Of a stretch of 62,153 nucleotides of DNA, positions 42,824-53,793 are shown piece after piece; the first letter of the stretch is position 1; the number at the start of each line of letters is the position of its first letter. The position numbers were made by a program, and so were the translations under genes. This stretch comes from Candidatus Nanopelagicales bacterium. Lineage in GTDB: Bacteria; Actinomycetota; Actinomycetes; S36-B12; UBA5976. Under the pieces are notes generated by a model. That model saw only the letters and a program-made list of their open reading frames with translations. It had not been told where the DNA came from and made no database searches. The DNA lies in contig JBMSMQ010000003.1 in assembly GCA_049421205.1 (NCBI GenBank), forward strand, positions 1-62,153, given 5' to 3'.

Positions 42824-44460
42824 TAGATGTCGAAGTTGCCAGATTCAAGGCGAGACTTAAGTGCTACCAAGAATCGAGCAGCATCAGCGCCATCGACAAT
42901 TCGGTGATCATATGTCAGCGATAAATACACCATATGTCGTACGGCGATTGAATCTCTTCCTTCGGTGTCCGTTACCACCACAGGCCGTTTCACAATTGCA
43001 CCAAGACCAAGAATTGCGACCTGTGGTTGATTGATAATTGGGGTATCAAACAATGCGCCACGGCTTCCTGTATTGGTGAGTGTAAACGTTCCGCCACTGA
43101 GTTCATCGGGTGAAACTTGGCCTGAACGAGTACGTTCTGCGAGATCTGCGATATGTCGAGCAAGCCCAGCCATTGAAAGATCTCCAGCATTTCTAATAAC
43201 TGGAACGAGAAGACCCTTTTCAGTATCAACTGCAATCGCAAGATGTTCAGTGTCATGGTACGTCACTGTTCCTGCTTCAACATCAATAGATGAATTGAGC
43301 ACAGGGTGTGATTTCAATGTATCAACAATTGCTTTTGCAAAGAACGGCATGTAGGAAAGTTTCACACCTTCGCGCTCTTCGAATGTCTTTTTGTTCTTAT
43401 CTCTGGATGCAACAATTGCAGTAACATCAACTTCAGCGACCGAAGTAAGTTGTGCACTTACTTGAAGACTTTCGAGCATACGATCAGCGATGACTTTGCG
43501 CAACCGAGTGAGTTTTTCAGTGCGACCTCTTCGGACAGTGTCAATCACAGTTTGTGGCTGCACCTTTTGTGGCGTCGATGTTGCCCCACCGTCACGTTTT
43601 GAAACAGCATCCAACACATCTTGCTTACGAATACGTCCACCTATTCCAGTTCCAACAAGTGTTGATAAATCAATGTTGTTCTCAGCTGCAAGTTTTCGAA
43701 CAAGCGGCGTCACGTATGCATCCGAATTATCTACCTCAGAAGACTTCGCGATAGGGGCGGAAGATGCAATTGGTGAAACCTGAGGAGGTGCAGATACAGG
43801 TGCTTGAAGGACGGGGGCAGTCACAACAGGTGCAGGAGTTGTCGGCACTGGTGCCTGCAAACTCACTGACGATGAAATTATGGCGAGAGTGGAACCAACT
43901 TGTGCGACTGAATCTTCTCCAACAAGGATTTTTGTCACAACACCAGAAACCGGTGCTGGAATTTCTGTATCAACTTTATCGGTAGAAATTTCAACAAGCG
44001 CCTCATCTTGAGAAACACTTTCGCCAACTTTCTTTAACCACCGAGTGACCGTTCCTTCAGTCACGCTTTCACCAAGTGCAGGGAGTACAACATTGGTATC
44101 ACTGGCTGCTCCGCTTTGGGCTGAAGGCACTGATGCTGTTGGCAATTCAACCGGAGCGGGAGTACTCACCACATTTTCAGGAGCAGATGGTGCTGAGGGC
44201 GTTACGACTGGCTCTGAGGAAACATCCGAAGAAATCACTGCGATAACTGCTCCAACGGCAACAACTTCATCTTCATTGACCTTGATTTCCACCAAGATAC
44301 CTGAAACGGGCGATGGGATTTCTGTATCGACTTTGTCGGTTGATACTTCAAGGAGTGCCTCATCGGCTGTAACAGAGTCGCCGACTTTCTTTAACCACCT
44401 GGTGACGGTTCCTTCGGTAACACTTTCACCTAACTGCGGCATTGTAACTTGCACGCTCAT
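42823..44460 (-). CDS. sucB: Dihydrolipoamide acyltransferase E2 (SucB/DlaT), two lipoyl domains
   Basis: STDKVDTEIP twice, YVTPLVRKLA, YDHRIVDGADA. Confidence 0.95.
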   Translation of the reverse strand: MSVQVTMPQLGESVTEGTVTRWLKKVGDSVTADEALLEVSTDKVDTEIPSPVSGILVEIKVNEDEVVAVGAVIAVISSDVSSEPVVTPSAPSAPENVVSTPAPVELPTASVPSAQSGAASDTNVVLPALGESVTEGTVTRWLKKVGESVSQDEALVEISTDKVDTEIPAPVSGVVTKILVGEDSVAQVGSTLAIISSSVSLQAPVPTTPAPVVTAPVLQAPVSAPPQVSPIASSAPIAKSSEVDNSDAYVTPLVRKLAAENNIDLSTLVGTGIGGRIRKQDVLDAVSKRDGGATSTPQKVQPQTVIDTVRRGRTEKLTRLRKVIADRMLESLQVSAQLTSVAEVDVTAIVASRDKNKKTFEEREGVKLSYMPFFAKAIVDTLKSHPVLNSSIDVEAGTVTYHDTEHLAIAVDTEKGLLVPVIRNAGDLSMAGLARHIADLAERTRSGQVSPDELSGGTFTLTNTGSRGALFDTPIINQPQVAILGLGAIVKRPVVVTDTEGRDSIAVRHMVYLSLTYDHRIVDGADAARFLVALKSRLESGNFDI

Positions 44461-44529
44461 CGGCTGTTCTCCTCTTCTAATGGAGCAGAAGCTCCTTATC
44501 TTGTCCTATTTTCGCAGACGGACTTCCAT

Positions 44530-45903
44530 TTACGCATGGGCGTGTAATGGTTTTCCGGCCAGAGCCAGATGGGCTTCTCCTAGGGCTTCATTCTGCGTCG
44601 GGTGAGCGTGAATCAGTGGCGCAACATCCTCAGGCATTGCTTCCCACGCATAAATCAACTGTGCTTCACCAATTTGTTCGCCAACTCGAGATCCAATCAT
44701 GTGAACGCCAATAATCGGACCATTCTTTTGTCGGATTAATTTAATGAATCCACTTGTGCCAAGGATTTGGCTCTTTCCATTTCCACCAAGGTTATATTCA
44801 TATACCTCAACATTGTCACCAAAATGTGCTCTCGCTGCAGACTCGTTGAGTCCAACTGATGCAATTTCTGGTTCACAGTAGGTGACGCGAGGGATTGCTT
44901 TCTCGTCAATAACTCGTGGGTTAAGACCGGCAATGTCTTCGGCTACGAAAATCCCATGCTGAAATCCGCGGTGGGCAAGTTGTAAACCGGGAACCAGATC
45001 GCCAACAGCGTATACTCCAGCAACATTGGTGCGCAGTCGATCATCCGTTGTAACCCAACCACGATCGACATTTACACCAACTTCTTCAAATCCATGTCCT
45101 TGCCCATTTGCGCCTCGCCCAACAGCTACGAGTAACAAATCAGCCTCTAAAACTTCACCATTTTCAAGTGTGACACTTACACCTTCAGAGGATTGCGATG
45201 CTGATTGAAACTTCACACCAGTTTTTGCTTTGATTCCTCGTTTTTTGAAGGCTCGTTCAAGTGCTTTACTGATTGATTCTTCTTCTGCGGGAACGAGTCG
45301 ATCGAGTGCTTCAATCACTGTCACATCAGAACCGAATGATTTCCAGACTGATGCAAATTCAACACCGATGACACCTCCACCAAGCACGAGCACACTTCGA
45401 GGAATCCAATCCATTTGTAGTGCTTGATCTGAAGTCATGATTCTTCCACCGATTTCGAGTCCAGGAAGACTTCGTGAGTAGGAGCCTGTTGCAAGCACGA
45501 TATTTTTACCTACATATTTGACACCATTGACTTCAACTGTGTTGGAAGAAATAAGTCGTCCTGTCCCTTCTATATAGGTAACATCTTTACTTTTGATCAA
45601 ACCTTGAAGACCTTTATACAACCTTCCAACGACTGAATCTCGATACGCGTTAACTTTATTGATATCAATACCTTGTAGCTCTGCAAAAACTCCAAAGTTT
45701 TCCGATTCACGGGTGACATCTGCGACTTCTGCTGCATGAAGGAGTGCCTTGGTTGGGATGCAACCACGATGCAGACAAGTGCCTCCAACTTTATCTTTTT
45801 CTATCAAAGCAACTTTGAGACCTAATTGACTCGCGCGCAATGCACACGCATATCCACCAGATCCTCCGCCGAGAATCACGATGTCAAAAGTTTGTTCATT
45901 CAT
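44530..45903 (-). CDS. lpdA: Dihydrolipoamide dehydrogenase
   Basis: GGGSGG, GGTCLHRGCIP, HAHPTQNE. Confidence 0.97.
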   Translation of the reverse strand: MNEQTFDIVILGGGSGGYACALRASQLGLKVALIEKDKVGGTCLHRGCIPTKALLHAAEVADVTRESENFGVFAELQGIDINKVNAYRDSVVGRLYKGLQGLIKSKDVTYIEGTGRLISSNTVEVNGVKYVGKNIVLATGSYSRSLPGLEIGGRIMTSDQALQMDWIPRSVLVLGGGVIGVEFASVWKSFGSDVTVIEALDRLVPAEEESISKALERAFKKRGIKAKTGVKFQSASQSSEGVSVTLENGEVLEADLLLVAVGRGANGQGHGFEEVGVNVDRGWVTTDDRLRTNVAGVYAVGDLVPGLQLAHRGFQHGIFVAEDIAGLNPRVIDEKAIPRVTYCEPEIASVGLNESAARAHFGDNVEVYEYNLGGNGKSQILGTSGFIKLIRQKNGPIIGVHMIGSRVGEQIGEAQLIYAWEAMPEDVAPLIHAHPTQNEALGEAHLALAGKPLHAHA

Positions 45904-45932
45904 TCAGTTCGTCTCCATTGTTTTCGGCATCG

Positions 45933-47411
45933 TTAGAGTTTCACTAAACCGTTTGCGATGTCTTCTGCGAGTGTCACCAAAGTGCGCACTGCTGGACCTG
46001 TTGCGCCTTTTGGATGGTAGTCATAAGGTGCTTCAGAGTTGAAAGCGGGAGCTGCAATATCAATATGGACCCATTTCTGTGTGGATTTCACAAATTCCTG
46101 AAGGAAGAGTCCTCCATAAAGAGCGCCACCGTAGGAGTCGCCAATATTCGCTATATCTGCCACAACGGAATCCAGCTTCGGCCTATATTCCTGTGGAAGA
46201 GGAAGTGGCCACATATATTCACCTGATCGACCCGCAGCATCAACAACGACGTCTCTCATTTCATCATTGTTGGACATAACTGCTGAAATCTTCCTACCTA
46301 ACGCGATTACCGCAGCACCTGTAAGAGTAGCAACGTCAACTATTAAATCTGGTTTATCTTCTTGGGCGCGTGCAATTGCGTCCATGAGTACAAGTCGACC
46401 TTCTGCATCAGTGTTGAGAACTTCAACAGTACGTCCACCGTAAGCAACAACCACATCGCCAGGACGTTGAGCACTTCCTCCTGGCATATTTTCTGCAAGT
46501 GCGGCATACGTTGTTACCGAAACTGGGATGTTCAATTGCTTGATAGCAAGAATTGCAGCAATGACAGCAGCCGCACCACTCATATCTGCTTTCATTTCAT
46601 GCATATTGAGTGGTGGTTTTAGTGAAATGCCACCAGTATCAAACGTAATTCCTTTTCCAACAAGTGCAATATGAGCAACTGACTTTCGTGGTCGGTAACT
46701 CAATCTCACGAGGCGTGGTGGCCGTGATGAACCTTGTCCAACACCGACGATTCCTCCATAGCCTTGATTAGCCAATGCTTTCTCGTCGAGCACTTCAATT
46801 GTTAAACCAACTTCTTTCGCCTGTTTCTTGGCAAAATCAGCAACTGCTGCAGGGGGTAAGTGTCCAGGAGCAGTGTTTGCAAGATCTCTTGCGTGATTCA
46901 CTGCCGATGCAACGATTTTCGCTCGCTCCAGAGATTTCTTCAAGATTGAGTTCCGGCCATCTTTGCTTACCACCGAAATGGATTTCACGCTTTGCTTTTT
47001 TGCCGTATTCGATTTTGCTCGATGCGTATTAAATGCATAAGTTCCGAGTAATGCGGCTTCGCTTATTGCGCCAGTCGCATCGGTATAGTCGTCTGGAACA
47101 ACAATGGACCACTTTTTTAGTCCGAAAGTCTGGCGCGCTGCTGTGCCAGTTGCTTTTCGGAAGTTATCGTGGTGTGGATTGTCACCAATTCCGACAACGA
47201 TGATGATTCCTGTCGTTGAGGCAACTGCACCTGGCAGGGTAAGAGATTCGTTGAGCTTACCTTGAAAATCGAGCGACTTCAGCGCAGCGACAATTTTGGC
47301 ATTTTTCGTGCCAAGAGAACTAAGTAGTGAAAAACCCTTATCGCTTGAACGAGCAAAGAGGGTGGTTGCATCTGAAGCAGTGAGCGAGGTGGTGAGTGAA
47401 ATGTTTGTCAT
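45933..47411 (-). CDS. pepA: M17 leucyl aminopeptidase
   Basis: VGKGITFDTGG, MKADMSG, NTDAEGRL, TLTGA. Confidence 0.96.
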   Translation of the reverse strand: MTNISLTTSLTASDATTLFARSSDKGFSLLSSLGTKNAKIVAALKSLDFQGKLNESLTLPGAVASTTGIIIVVGIGDNPHHDNFRKATGTAARQTFGLKKWSIVVPDDYTDATGAISEAALLGTYAFNTHRAKSNTAKKQSVKSISVVSKDGRNSILKKSLERAKIVASAVNHARDLANTAPGHLPPAAVADFAKKQAKEVGLTIEVLDEKALANQGYGGIVGVGQGSSRPPRLVRLSYRPRKSVAHIALVGKGITFDTGGISLKPPLNMHEMKADMSGAAAVIAAILAIKQLNIPVSVTTYAALAENMPGGSAQRPGDVVVAYGGRTVEVLNTDAEGRLVLMDAIARAQEDKPDLIVDVATLTGAAVIALGRKISAVMSNNDEMRDVVVDAAGRSGEYMWPLPLPQEYRPKLDSVVADIANIGDSYGGALYGGLFLQEFVKSTQKWVHIDIAAPAFNSEAPYDYHPKGATGPAVRTLVTLAEDIANGLVKL

Positions 47412-47465
47412 ACTCAAATTATGCCCCTAATCCTCAAAATGCGAGAAGGTGGCTAGGTTTTACCT

Positions 47466-48527
47466 ATGAGTGGAGCGAAAATAACCCCACTCCACGGCTG
47501 GCATGTGGCCCGTGGGGCAAAGATGGCCGAATTTGCAGGCTACGACATGCCAATTGAATACGTCGGAGTCCTTGCTGAGCATGAGACTGTCAGGACCAGG
47601 GTCGGGGTCTTTGATGTGAGCCATATGGGCAAAATTCGAGTACGAGGAAGTGCACTTCAGTGGCTCAATGGATTATTAACCAATGATTTAAATTTGATCG
47701 AAAACAACAAAGCACAGTATTCGATGCTCCTCAATGATGAAGGTGGCGTTATTGATGATCTTCTGGTGTATCTAATAAGTGAGGACGACATTTGGCTCAT
47801 ACCCAATGCTTCTAACGCACAACGCGTATTCAACGTTTTGCAGCAGCACAAGAACGATGAAGTGGCCTTAGAGAATCACCACAATGAGTACTGTATTTTT
47901 GCGATTCAAGGCCCAGAGTCCTCGAAAGCACTAGAACACCTTGGACTAAATTCAGAAATCGAGTATATGTCTGCAGGATGGCAACTGTTTGAATCCACTG
48001 AAGTGTTGGTATGCCGTTCGGGTTACACGGGTGAGCAGGGATTTGAGTTAATTTGTCCCAACAGTGCTGCAGAAACTTTATGGAGCACCATCATAAGTTC
48101 GAATGTAGAACCAATTGGTCTTGGTGCTCGTGACACATTACGACTTGAAATGGGCTATCCACTTCACGGTAATGACATCAGTGAGAGCATCACTCCACTC
48201 GAAGCTGGTTTAAAGTGGGCGATCGGCAATTCAAAACCTACATATCTTGGGAAAAGTGCACTGGAGTCAAAAGACACTAAGCGAAAAAGAATTGCATTGA
48301 AACTCATTGATCGCGGCATTCCACGCGGACATATGAACGTATCGAGTTCAGGAAGTCAGATTGGAGAAACAACCAGTGGTGGCTACTCACCGTCGTTGAA
48401 AGTTGGAATTGCACTTGCACTTGTCGATCGAAACTTTAACGAAACTTCTGTAGAGATCGACATTCGAGGAAAACTTATACGTGCAGAAGTTGTAAAACTT
48501 CCATTTGTTTCATCATCCGCGCGATGA
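47466..48527 (+). CDS. gcvT: Glycine cleavage system T protein
   Basis: FDVSHMG, GGVIDD, SGYTGEQGFE, GARDTLRLEMG. Confidence 0.96.
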   Translation: MSGAKITPLHGWHVARGAKMAEFAGYDMPIEYVGVLAEHETVRTRVGVFDVSHMGKIRVRGSALQWLNGLLTNDLNLIENNKAQYSMLLNDEGGVIDDLLVYLISEDDIWLIPNASNAQRVFNVLQQHKNDEVALENHHNEYCIFAIQGPESSKALEHLGLNSEIEYMSAGWQLFESTEVLVCRSGYTGEQGFELICPNSAAETLWSTIISSNVEPIGLGARDTLRLEMGYPLHGNDISESITPLEAGLKWAIGNSKPTYLGKSALESKDTKRKRIALKLIDRGIPRGHMNVSSSGSQIGETTSGGYSPSLKVGIALALVDRNFNETSVEIDIRGKLIRAEVVKLPFVSSSAR

Positions 48528-50456
48528 CGAAGTTTGCAGTCGACTAGCTTCTGGCTGACCAAACCAGTATCCCTGGGCGTTCAATACTCCCAAACTTCGT
48601 AGTGCTTTGCGTTGAGCATCAGTTTCAACGCCCTCGGCAATAAACATCATCCCTAATGCGTTAGCAAGTTGCACGAGGGATTTAATAATCGCCTGAGACG
48701 CTTCACTTGTAGCAACCTCTTTCACAAAAGCGCGATCAAGTTTGATGATATCCACCGGCAGTCGCTCCAGAAGGCCAAGAGATGAATACCCTGAGCCAAA
48801 GTCATCGAGTGCAATTTTGCATCCGAGTTCTCTTACTCTGGTGAGTGGACCGCCGACAAGACTTGTATCAATCAATGAATTTTCTGTCACTTCAATTATG
48901 AGACGCTCAGGAGCGAAGTTTGTTGATGACAATATTGACATTAAATCATCAACAAATGTCACCTCTTGAAGTTGCCGTGCTGAAACATTGACTGAGACAT
49001 TTCTGTCTTCGGTGAGTGAACCTGCCATACAGGCGTTACGTAACACCCATTGTCCCATCTGAACAATTAAACCTGAGTCTTCTGCGACCGACAAGAACTC
49101 TTGCGGGAGCAAGAGTTCACCATTTGGATGTCGCCATCGAAGGAGTGCTTCCATGGTATGTACTTGTGAGTTTTTGAGATTCACAATTGGCTGCCAATGG
49201 AGGACTAGTTCGTTGCGCACAATTGCTTGGCGCAGTGCATTTTCTGTGTCGAGTTGGCGCGATAATCGCTCTCCAATTTCATCATAAAAGGTAATATGCA
49301 GTCCAGGACGTCCTTTGGCTCGATACATCGCGATATCGGCATCACGTAATAACTGATTCACACTAGAGTTGGGCTTGGACGTGGCGATACCAATACTTAA
49401 ACCAATATAGGCTTCATAGTCATCGATATCAAATGGCTTTGAAAGTTGCCGTATAAAGCGCTCGGCTGTTCGTAGAATCGAATCTCGGTCCATCGGAGTT
49501 TTACTTATGACAACGAATTCGTCTCCACCAAAACGAGCAAGAAAGTCGCCGTCTGACACTGATTTCGCAAGTCGACCAGCAGCAGCAACCAAGAGTTCAT
49601 CACCCACCGCATGCCCACGCGAATCATTGACCACTTTAAATCGATCAAGGTCACAAAAGTAAACAACTACATTGTCTGGTTCATCAGCGAGGAACTGTGA
49701 AAGTTTCTCATAAAGTGCAATTCGATTAGGCAAATTTGTTAACGCATCGTGCTTCGCCTGGTACGACAGCTGATTTGTTGCGTGAGCCAAGGCGGTTTTT
49801 GCACTCGATACTTTACTTTCTTCATCTGAAATCAATAACTTCGCTTTTCTATATGTTTTTGCAACGCTAATAGAAATCCAGGAGAGAAGTGAGACAAAGA
49901 GTGCGAGTGAAGTAAAGAGCAATATTGCTTGGTTTCTTTCATTCACTGCCCTGGCACTTGCAAGTATTTTGATTTTCTCAACAGCCATAGTTTGATAGTC
50001 AGTGAGCCAACGGCGGGCTTCTGGGACCATCTGATTTCGATAGAGCGTAAGAGTGGTAGCGGAAATAGTTGTGTTTTCCCACAGTTTCATTTCACTGAGT
50101 GTCGATTGAAAATCTTCTGTGACGATGCCACCTGCTACTTCGTCTTCCATTCCAAATCGATTCACTTGCCGCGAAAGTTTTTCGAGGGCACGCACGAGAG
50201 TTTCTGATGCGCTTCTATTACCTACTTCACTTTCAGCACGACTAAATACGTCAAGGGTTTGCTGTTGTGCGAGCAGAATCGTCGATGCGGTTTCTTCTAC
50301 CGTAGTGAGATACGCCGTTTCTTGGTCACGGGCATCTGCATTCGCAACTGCGGAGAATCCAAGTGCTGCGAGCAGTACGACAAGAACTAGCCCAGCAGCA
50401 ATATGTGAACTTCGAAGACCACCACCTAGATCTTCGAGGGTATCCGCAGTTTCCAT
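48513..50456 (-). CDS. Membrane-anchored GGDEF-EAL protein
   Basis: Two TM segments around a helical region; DALTNLPNR, RFGGDEF, EALLRW, DDFGSGYSS, AEGVE. Confidence 0.93.
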   Translation of the reverse strand: METADTLEDLGGGLRSSHIAAGLVLVVLLAALGFSAVANADARDQETAYLTTVEETASTILLAQQQTLDVFSRAESEVGNRSASETLVRALEKLSRQVNRFGMEDEVAGGIVTEDFQSTLSEMKLWENTTISATTLTLYRNQMVPEARRWLTDYQTMAVEKIKILASARAVNERNQAILLFTSLALFVSLLSWISISVAKTYRKAKLLISDEESKVSSAKTALAHATNQLSYQAKHDALTNLPNRIALYEKLSQFLADEPDNVVVYFCDLDRFKVVNDSRGHAVGDELLVAAAGRLAKSVSDGDFLARFGGDEFVVISKTPMDRDSILRTAERFIRQLSKPFDIDDYEAYIGLSIGIATSKPNSSVNQLLRDADIAMYRAKGRPGLHITFYDEIGERLSRQLDTENALRQAIVRNELVLHWQPIVNLKNSQVHTMEALLRWRHPNGELLLPQEFLSVAEDSGLIVQMGQWVLRNACMAGSLTEDRNVSVNVSARQLQEVTFVDDLMSILSSTNFAPERLIIEVTENSLIDTSLVGGPLTRVRELGCKIALDDFGSGYSSLGLLERLPVDIIKLDRAFVKEVATSEASQAIIKSLVQLANALGMMFIAEGVETDAQRKALRSLGVLNAQGYWFGQPEASRLQTSSSRG

Positions 50457-50484
50457 AGGCAAACTATGTACCAAAGGTGTGGTT

Positions 50485-51264
50485 TTAGTGTTCAGTCGTG
50501 AATGGTGCGTTCAGACGGGTGACAGACGCCTTCATTCGTCGTGCAGTGAGCCAGACCAACGTTGCGCTCAGAATAGCTCGGGGGACATCAAAACCACTAC
50601 TGGTGAGCAGCGAAAATTTCGCCCATGCCAATATTCGCTCGGCAATACTTGCAGTAGCATCGAAAGCGATTGCGCTTTGAAGATTTGAAAACGTGGGCCA
50701 AAACCACAAATTCATAAACCAACCAAAGAAGTAGGTCGTGACGAATGCATACAACGTAATCATCAGACGAGAAATTGAAATACGCCCAATGGCACCTGCA
50801 CCGGCTCCGATGAGTGCCGCAAGCACCATTTGGTTTCCAAGCCACGGCCCCACACCACCCGTAACAAGTGCACTGAGCATGAGTGCGAGTCCACCAACCA
50901 TGAATCCAGCCGAAATACCCAATGTATATCCCGCAATAATGATTGCCACCCAAATTGGTTCAAGACCTGCAACACCAAGTCCAAGTGGGCGAAGCGCAAC
51001 AGCGAGTGAAACAAAAATAGCAATGAGCGCAAAGCTACGAATGGATATCATCTGATTCAATACATCGTTCAGCAACAATATCATTGATAGAGGAATAAGA
51101 ATTGCCAGTATCAATTGAATTTGATTCGCATTTGTTGATTGCAGGAGATTTTCACCAGCCAGTAGCGGCCAAGCACTTACTAAAAAGAGTGCAGTAAAGA
51201 TCACACTTGGAAGTGCTACATTCAAAATATCACGCAGGTTGATACGCGCGGTAAACATCATCAA
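50485..51264 (-). CDS. ECF transporter S component (probably cobalamin)
   Basis: RPLGLGVAGLEP and TGGVGPWL; multi-TM; last gene of the riboswitch operon. Exact start uncertain. Confidence 0.85.
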   Translation of the reverse strand: MMMFTARINLRDILNVALPSVIFTALFLVSAWPLLAGENLLQSTNANQIQLILAILIPLSMILLLNDVLNQMISIRSFALIAIFVSLAVALRPLGLGVAGLEPIWVAIIIAGYTLGISAGFMVGGLALMLSALVTGGVGPWLGNQMVLAALIGAGAGAIGRISISRLMITLYAFVTTYFFGWFMNLWFWPTFSNLQSAIAFDATASIAERILAWAKFSLLTSSGFDVPRAILSATLVWLTARRMKASVTRLNAPFTTEH

Positions 51265-52807
51265 CTTTCAGAAGGGGTAACGGTGCAAAGATTTCACTGA
51301 CAAGCGTGTGTAGTTCCTCGGTGCTGCCCAAAATTTCATAAGGGGAGCCTTGACGGTGAATCTTGCCATCCTCAAGTACAAGAACATAATCTGCAAGTTC
51401 TGCGATGAGATCTAAATCGTGTGTCGCAAGAATTATGGTAGTGCCCTGATCCCTTTGTAAACGTAATTCATCGATGAGTGAATCTTTACTTTTCCCATCA
51501 AGTCCGCGCGTAGGTTCGTCCAGGAGAAGAATTTTTGGATCTGATGAAAGAGCTATTGCTAACGCCAGGCTTAGTTGCTGTCCAGCAGACAAATCTTTCG
51601 GATGTGCAGTTATTGAAGCATTTGGAGCGAGTTTTCGAAATTGAGTCAGTGTGCTACCCGATTGAAGTCCACGGTCTCTATCTGACTGAGCGCAATCTTC
51701 GATAACACTTTGATTCAAAAACACATCTTGTGGATTTGAGGGAACTATTCCGAAGGTGTCTAGAAGGACTTTTCCATAGAACATACGGGTCTCACGATTT
51801 TCGAAAGTGACAGTGCCCTGATATGAAGCGATATCACCGATTAGCGTATGAATCAAAGTAGTTTTACCAGAACCGTTTTGTCCAACCAAAGCCGTTATCT
51901 CACCGGAATTGAAGGTGAAATTGATGTCACTAAGGATTTCTTGCTTATCTATCTGGACACTCACATTACTCACAACAAGATTGGATTCAATAGTTGGAAT
52001 CTTATTTGCAGGCTCACTCCTCAATGCGGGTTTCGCCACCAGTGCGTTACGGAATGCATCTGCGCTGAGACTCTTCTCGGAATCAACATACTCCATTAAC
52101 TGGAGGAATATTGACGGCGTGCTGAGGTAGGGAAGACTATCGCGCGGCGAAATAACGAGAGCGTTTTCAAGCAGAGCTACAGATGTCGCAAATTCGAGAA
52201 GCCGATCAGTTCGATGTTCCGAAATGAGAACGAAGACAGAATTTAACGTTGCGTAATCTCTCAATACACTCAGCAACTCTCGTGAGATTTTTGAGTCAAG
52301 CGCACTTGTTGGCTCATCGAGCAACAACAATTTTGGTTTCACGACGAGTGCTGCCGCGATTGCCACGCGCTGCCGTTGTCCAGCGCTGAGTGTCACGATC
52401 TCCTGAAAAAGTAGATTCTCTATGTTGAGGCTTTGTGCGACTTCGTGTACTCGATAATTGACATCATCTACACATAGTTCCAAAAATCGTAATCCAAATG
52501 CGATTTCATCAAATACTACTTCTGATACAAACGTTGTGTCAGGGTCCTGCCCAACGAAGCCAATTAACTGAAATCTTTCCCGTTGATTGAGATTCGATAC
52601 ATCAAGACCATTGAAAGTAATGTGTCCTTTCAAATTCCCGCCCTTGAAGCGAGGAGTGCTCCCTGCGATTATTTCAAGCAATGTGCTTTTGCCAATGCCG
52701 GTTGGTCCTACGAGGAGATGAATTCCATAATCATGAAACTCAAGATTGAGATTTGAAAAAACCTCCTGATTCTTGTAACGAAAATCAAGTCCCTGAATAT
52801 GCAGCAT
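51230..52807 (-). CDS. ECF ATPase with two fused ABC domains
   Basis: Walker A GPTGIGKS and GQNGSGKT; LSAGQ twice; LLLDEPT twice. Confidence 0.92.
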   Translation of the reverse strand: MLHIQGLDFRYKNQEVFSNLNLEFHDYGIHLLVGPTGIGKSTLLEIIAGSTPRFKGGNLKGHITFNGLDVSNLNQRERFQLIGFVGQDPDTTFVSEVVFDEIAFGLRFLELCVDDVNYRVHEVAQSLNIENLLFQEIVTLSAGQRQRVAIAAALVVKPKLLLLDEPTSALDSKISRELLSVLRDYATLNSVFVLISEHRTDRLLEFATSVALLENALVISPRDSLPYLSTPSIFLQLMEYVDSEKSLSADAFRNALVAKPALRSEPANKIPTIESNLVVSNVSVQIDKQEILSDINFTFNSGEITALVGQNGSGKTTLIHTLIGDIASYQGTVTFENRETRMFYGKVLLDTFGIVPSNPQDVFLNQSVIEDCAQSDRDRGLQSGSTLTQFRKLAPNASITAHPKDLSAGQQLSLALAIALSSDPKILLLDEPTRGLDGKSKDSLIDELRLQRDQGTTIILATHDLDLIAELADYVLVLEDGKIHRQGSPYEILGSTEELHTLVSEIFAPLPLLKVDDVYRAYQPA

Positions 52808-53792
52808 AGTCTTCTCTCACCTCCTTGTGACGAAGCATCAATCCGCTAAAGACTGCTATCAAGCAAATGAGTGTCAATTCAATAATCGCATCATTGAAGA
52901 CCCAAATTCCAGCAACTAAACATCCGATCGCACACATTAAAAGATTCGAGGGATCTGAAAGGACACTTTTAAATAGAGCACTGATTGAAAAGTGCCCATA
53001 TGAATAGATGACGAGACTTACTCCTACAAACATAAGCAATGTGAGAGATGTGTGGGATGATGTGAGAAGAGTTACGAGAAGTGCACCGAAAAAGATAATT
53101 GAGCCCACACGTCGAACTCCACTCGAGCTCGAAGACTGCGTATCGCTACCGAGCCCTCTTCGCCACATACTTGCTGAGACCTGAATGCTTTTTTCGAGAG
53201 AATTTTCAATGACATTCATAAAATTGAGTGAAAGCACTGAAATCTTGGATGTGGATTGACCTCTCCACCGATTTGCACGCAAATTACGTTTAACGTCGTT
53301 GATGAGTTGTGGAAGAAACGACAAGGCAATGGACAATACCAATGCAATATTTGAGAATCCTGGCGGAAGTCGCCTCAAAAGCGATGACACTGGAATCATC
53401 ATTGAACTCGCAATGAGTGCAAGAATTATTCCACCTAACACGATTGCTTCATTTGTTGCCGTTTGCAGACTTTCTAACGTGAATATTCCACCTACGCGAA
53501 GTCCTCCAGAGAACAAATCGATTTCGGGTAGTTTGAATAACACATGATTTCCAACTGGCACCCCAAAAAACATTTGAAACGCGATTCTTAGTATCAAGAG
53601 TGCAGCAAGTAGTCGCATAAGTGTTGTGAGTGAATACCGCTTTACTTGTGCCGAGGTTTTTATTGCTGCAAACACGATTATCATCAAGCACATAACGAGC
53701 AGAACATTCTGGCTAGCACTCATTGCGATGGCGAGAAGTAAGGACCAAATCCACCAACGAATTTGATGTGATTCCACTACTTGTCGCCTCAT
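52785..53792 (-). CDS. ECF transporter T component (CbiQ-like)
   Basis: Multi-TM, IALSFLPQL, two Arg-Gly coupling motifs (WRG, RRG). Confidence 0.82.
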   Translation of the reverse strand: MRRQVVESHQIRWWIWSLLLAIAMSASQNVLLVMCLMIIVFAAIKTSAQVKRYSLTTLMRLLAALLILRIAFQMFFGVPVGNHVLFKLPEIDLFSGGLRVGGIFTLESLQTATNEAIVLGGIILALIASSMMIPVSSLLRRLPPGFSNIALVLSIALSFLPQLINDVKRNLRANRWRGQSTSKISVLSLNFMNVIENSLEKSIQVSASMWRRGLGSDTQSSSSSGVRRVGSIIFFGALLVTLLTSSHTSLTLLMFVGVSLVIYSYGHFSISALFKSVLSDPSNLLMCAIGCLVAGIWVFNDAIIELTLICLIAVFSGLMLRHKEVREDYAAYSGT

Positions 53793-53793
53793 T

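Noticed and set aside
44045-44605. 186-aa plus-strand ORF and duplicated DNA in sucB
   Set aside because: Antisense shadow; the duplication is the two lipoyl domains.
47412-47465. Glycine riboswitch before gcvT
   Set aside because: The 54-bp gap holds only two divergent leaderless promoters.
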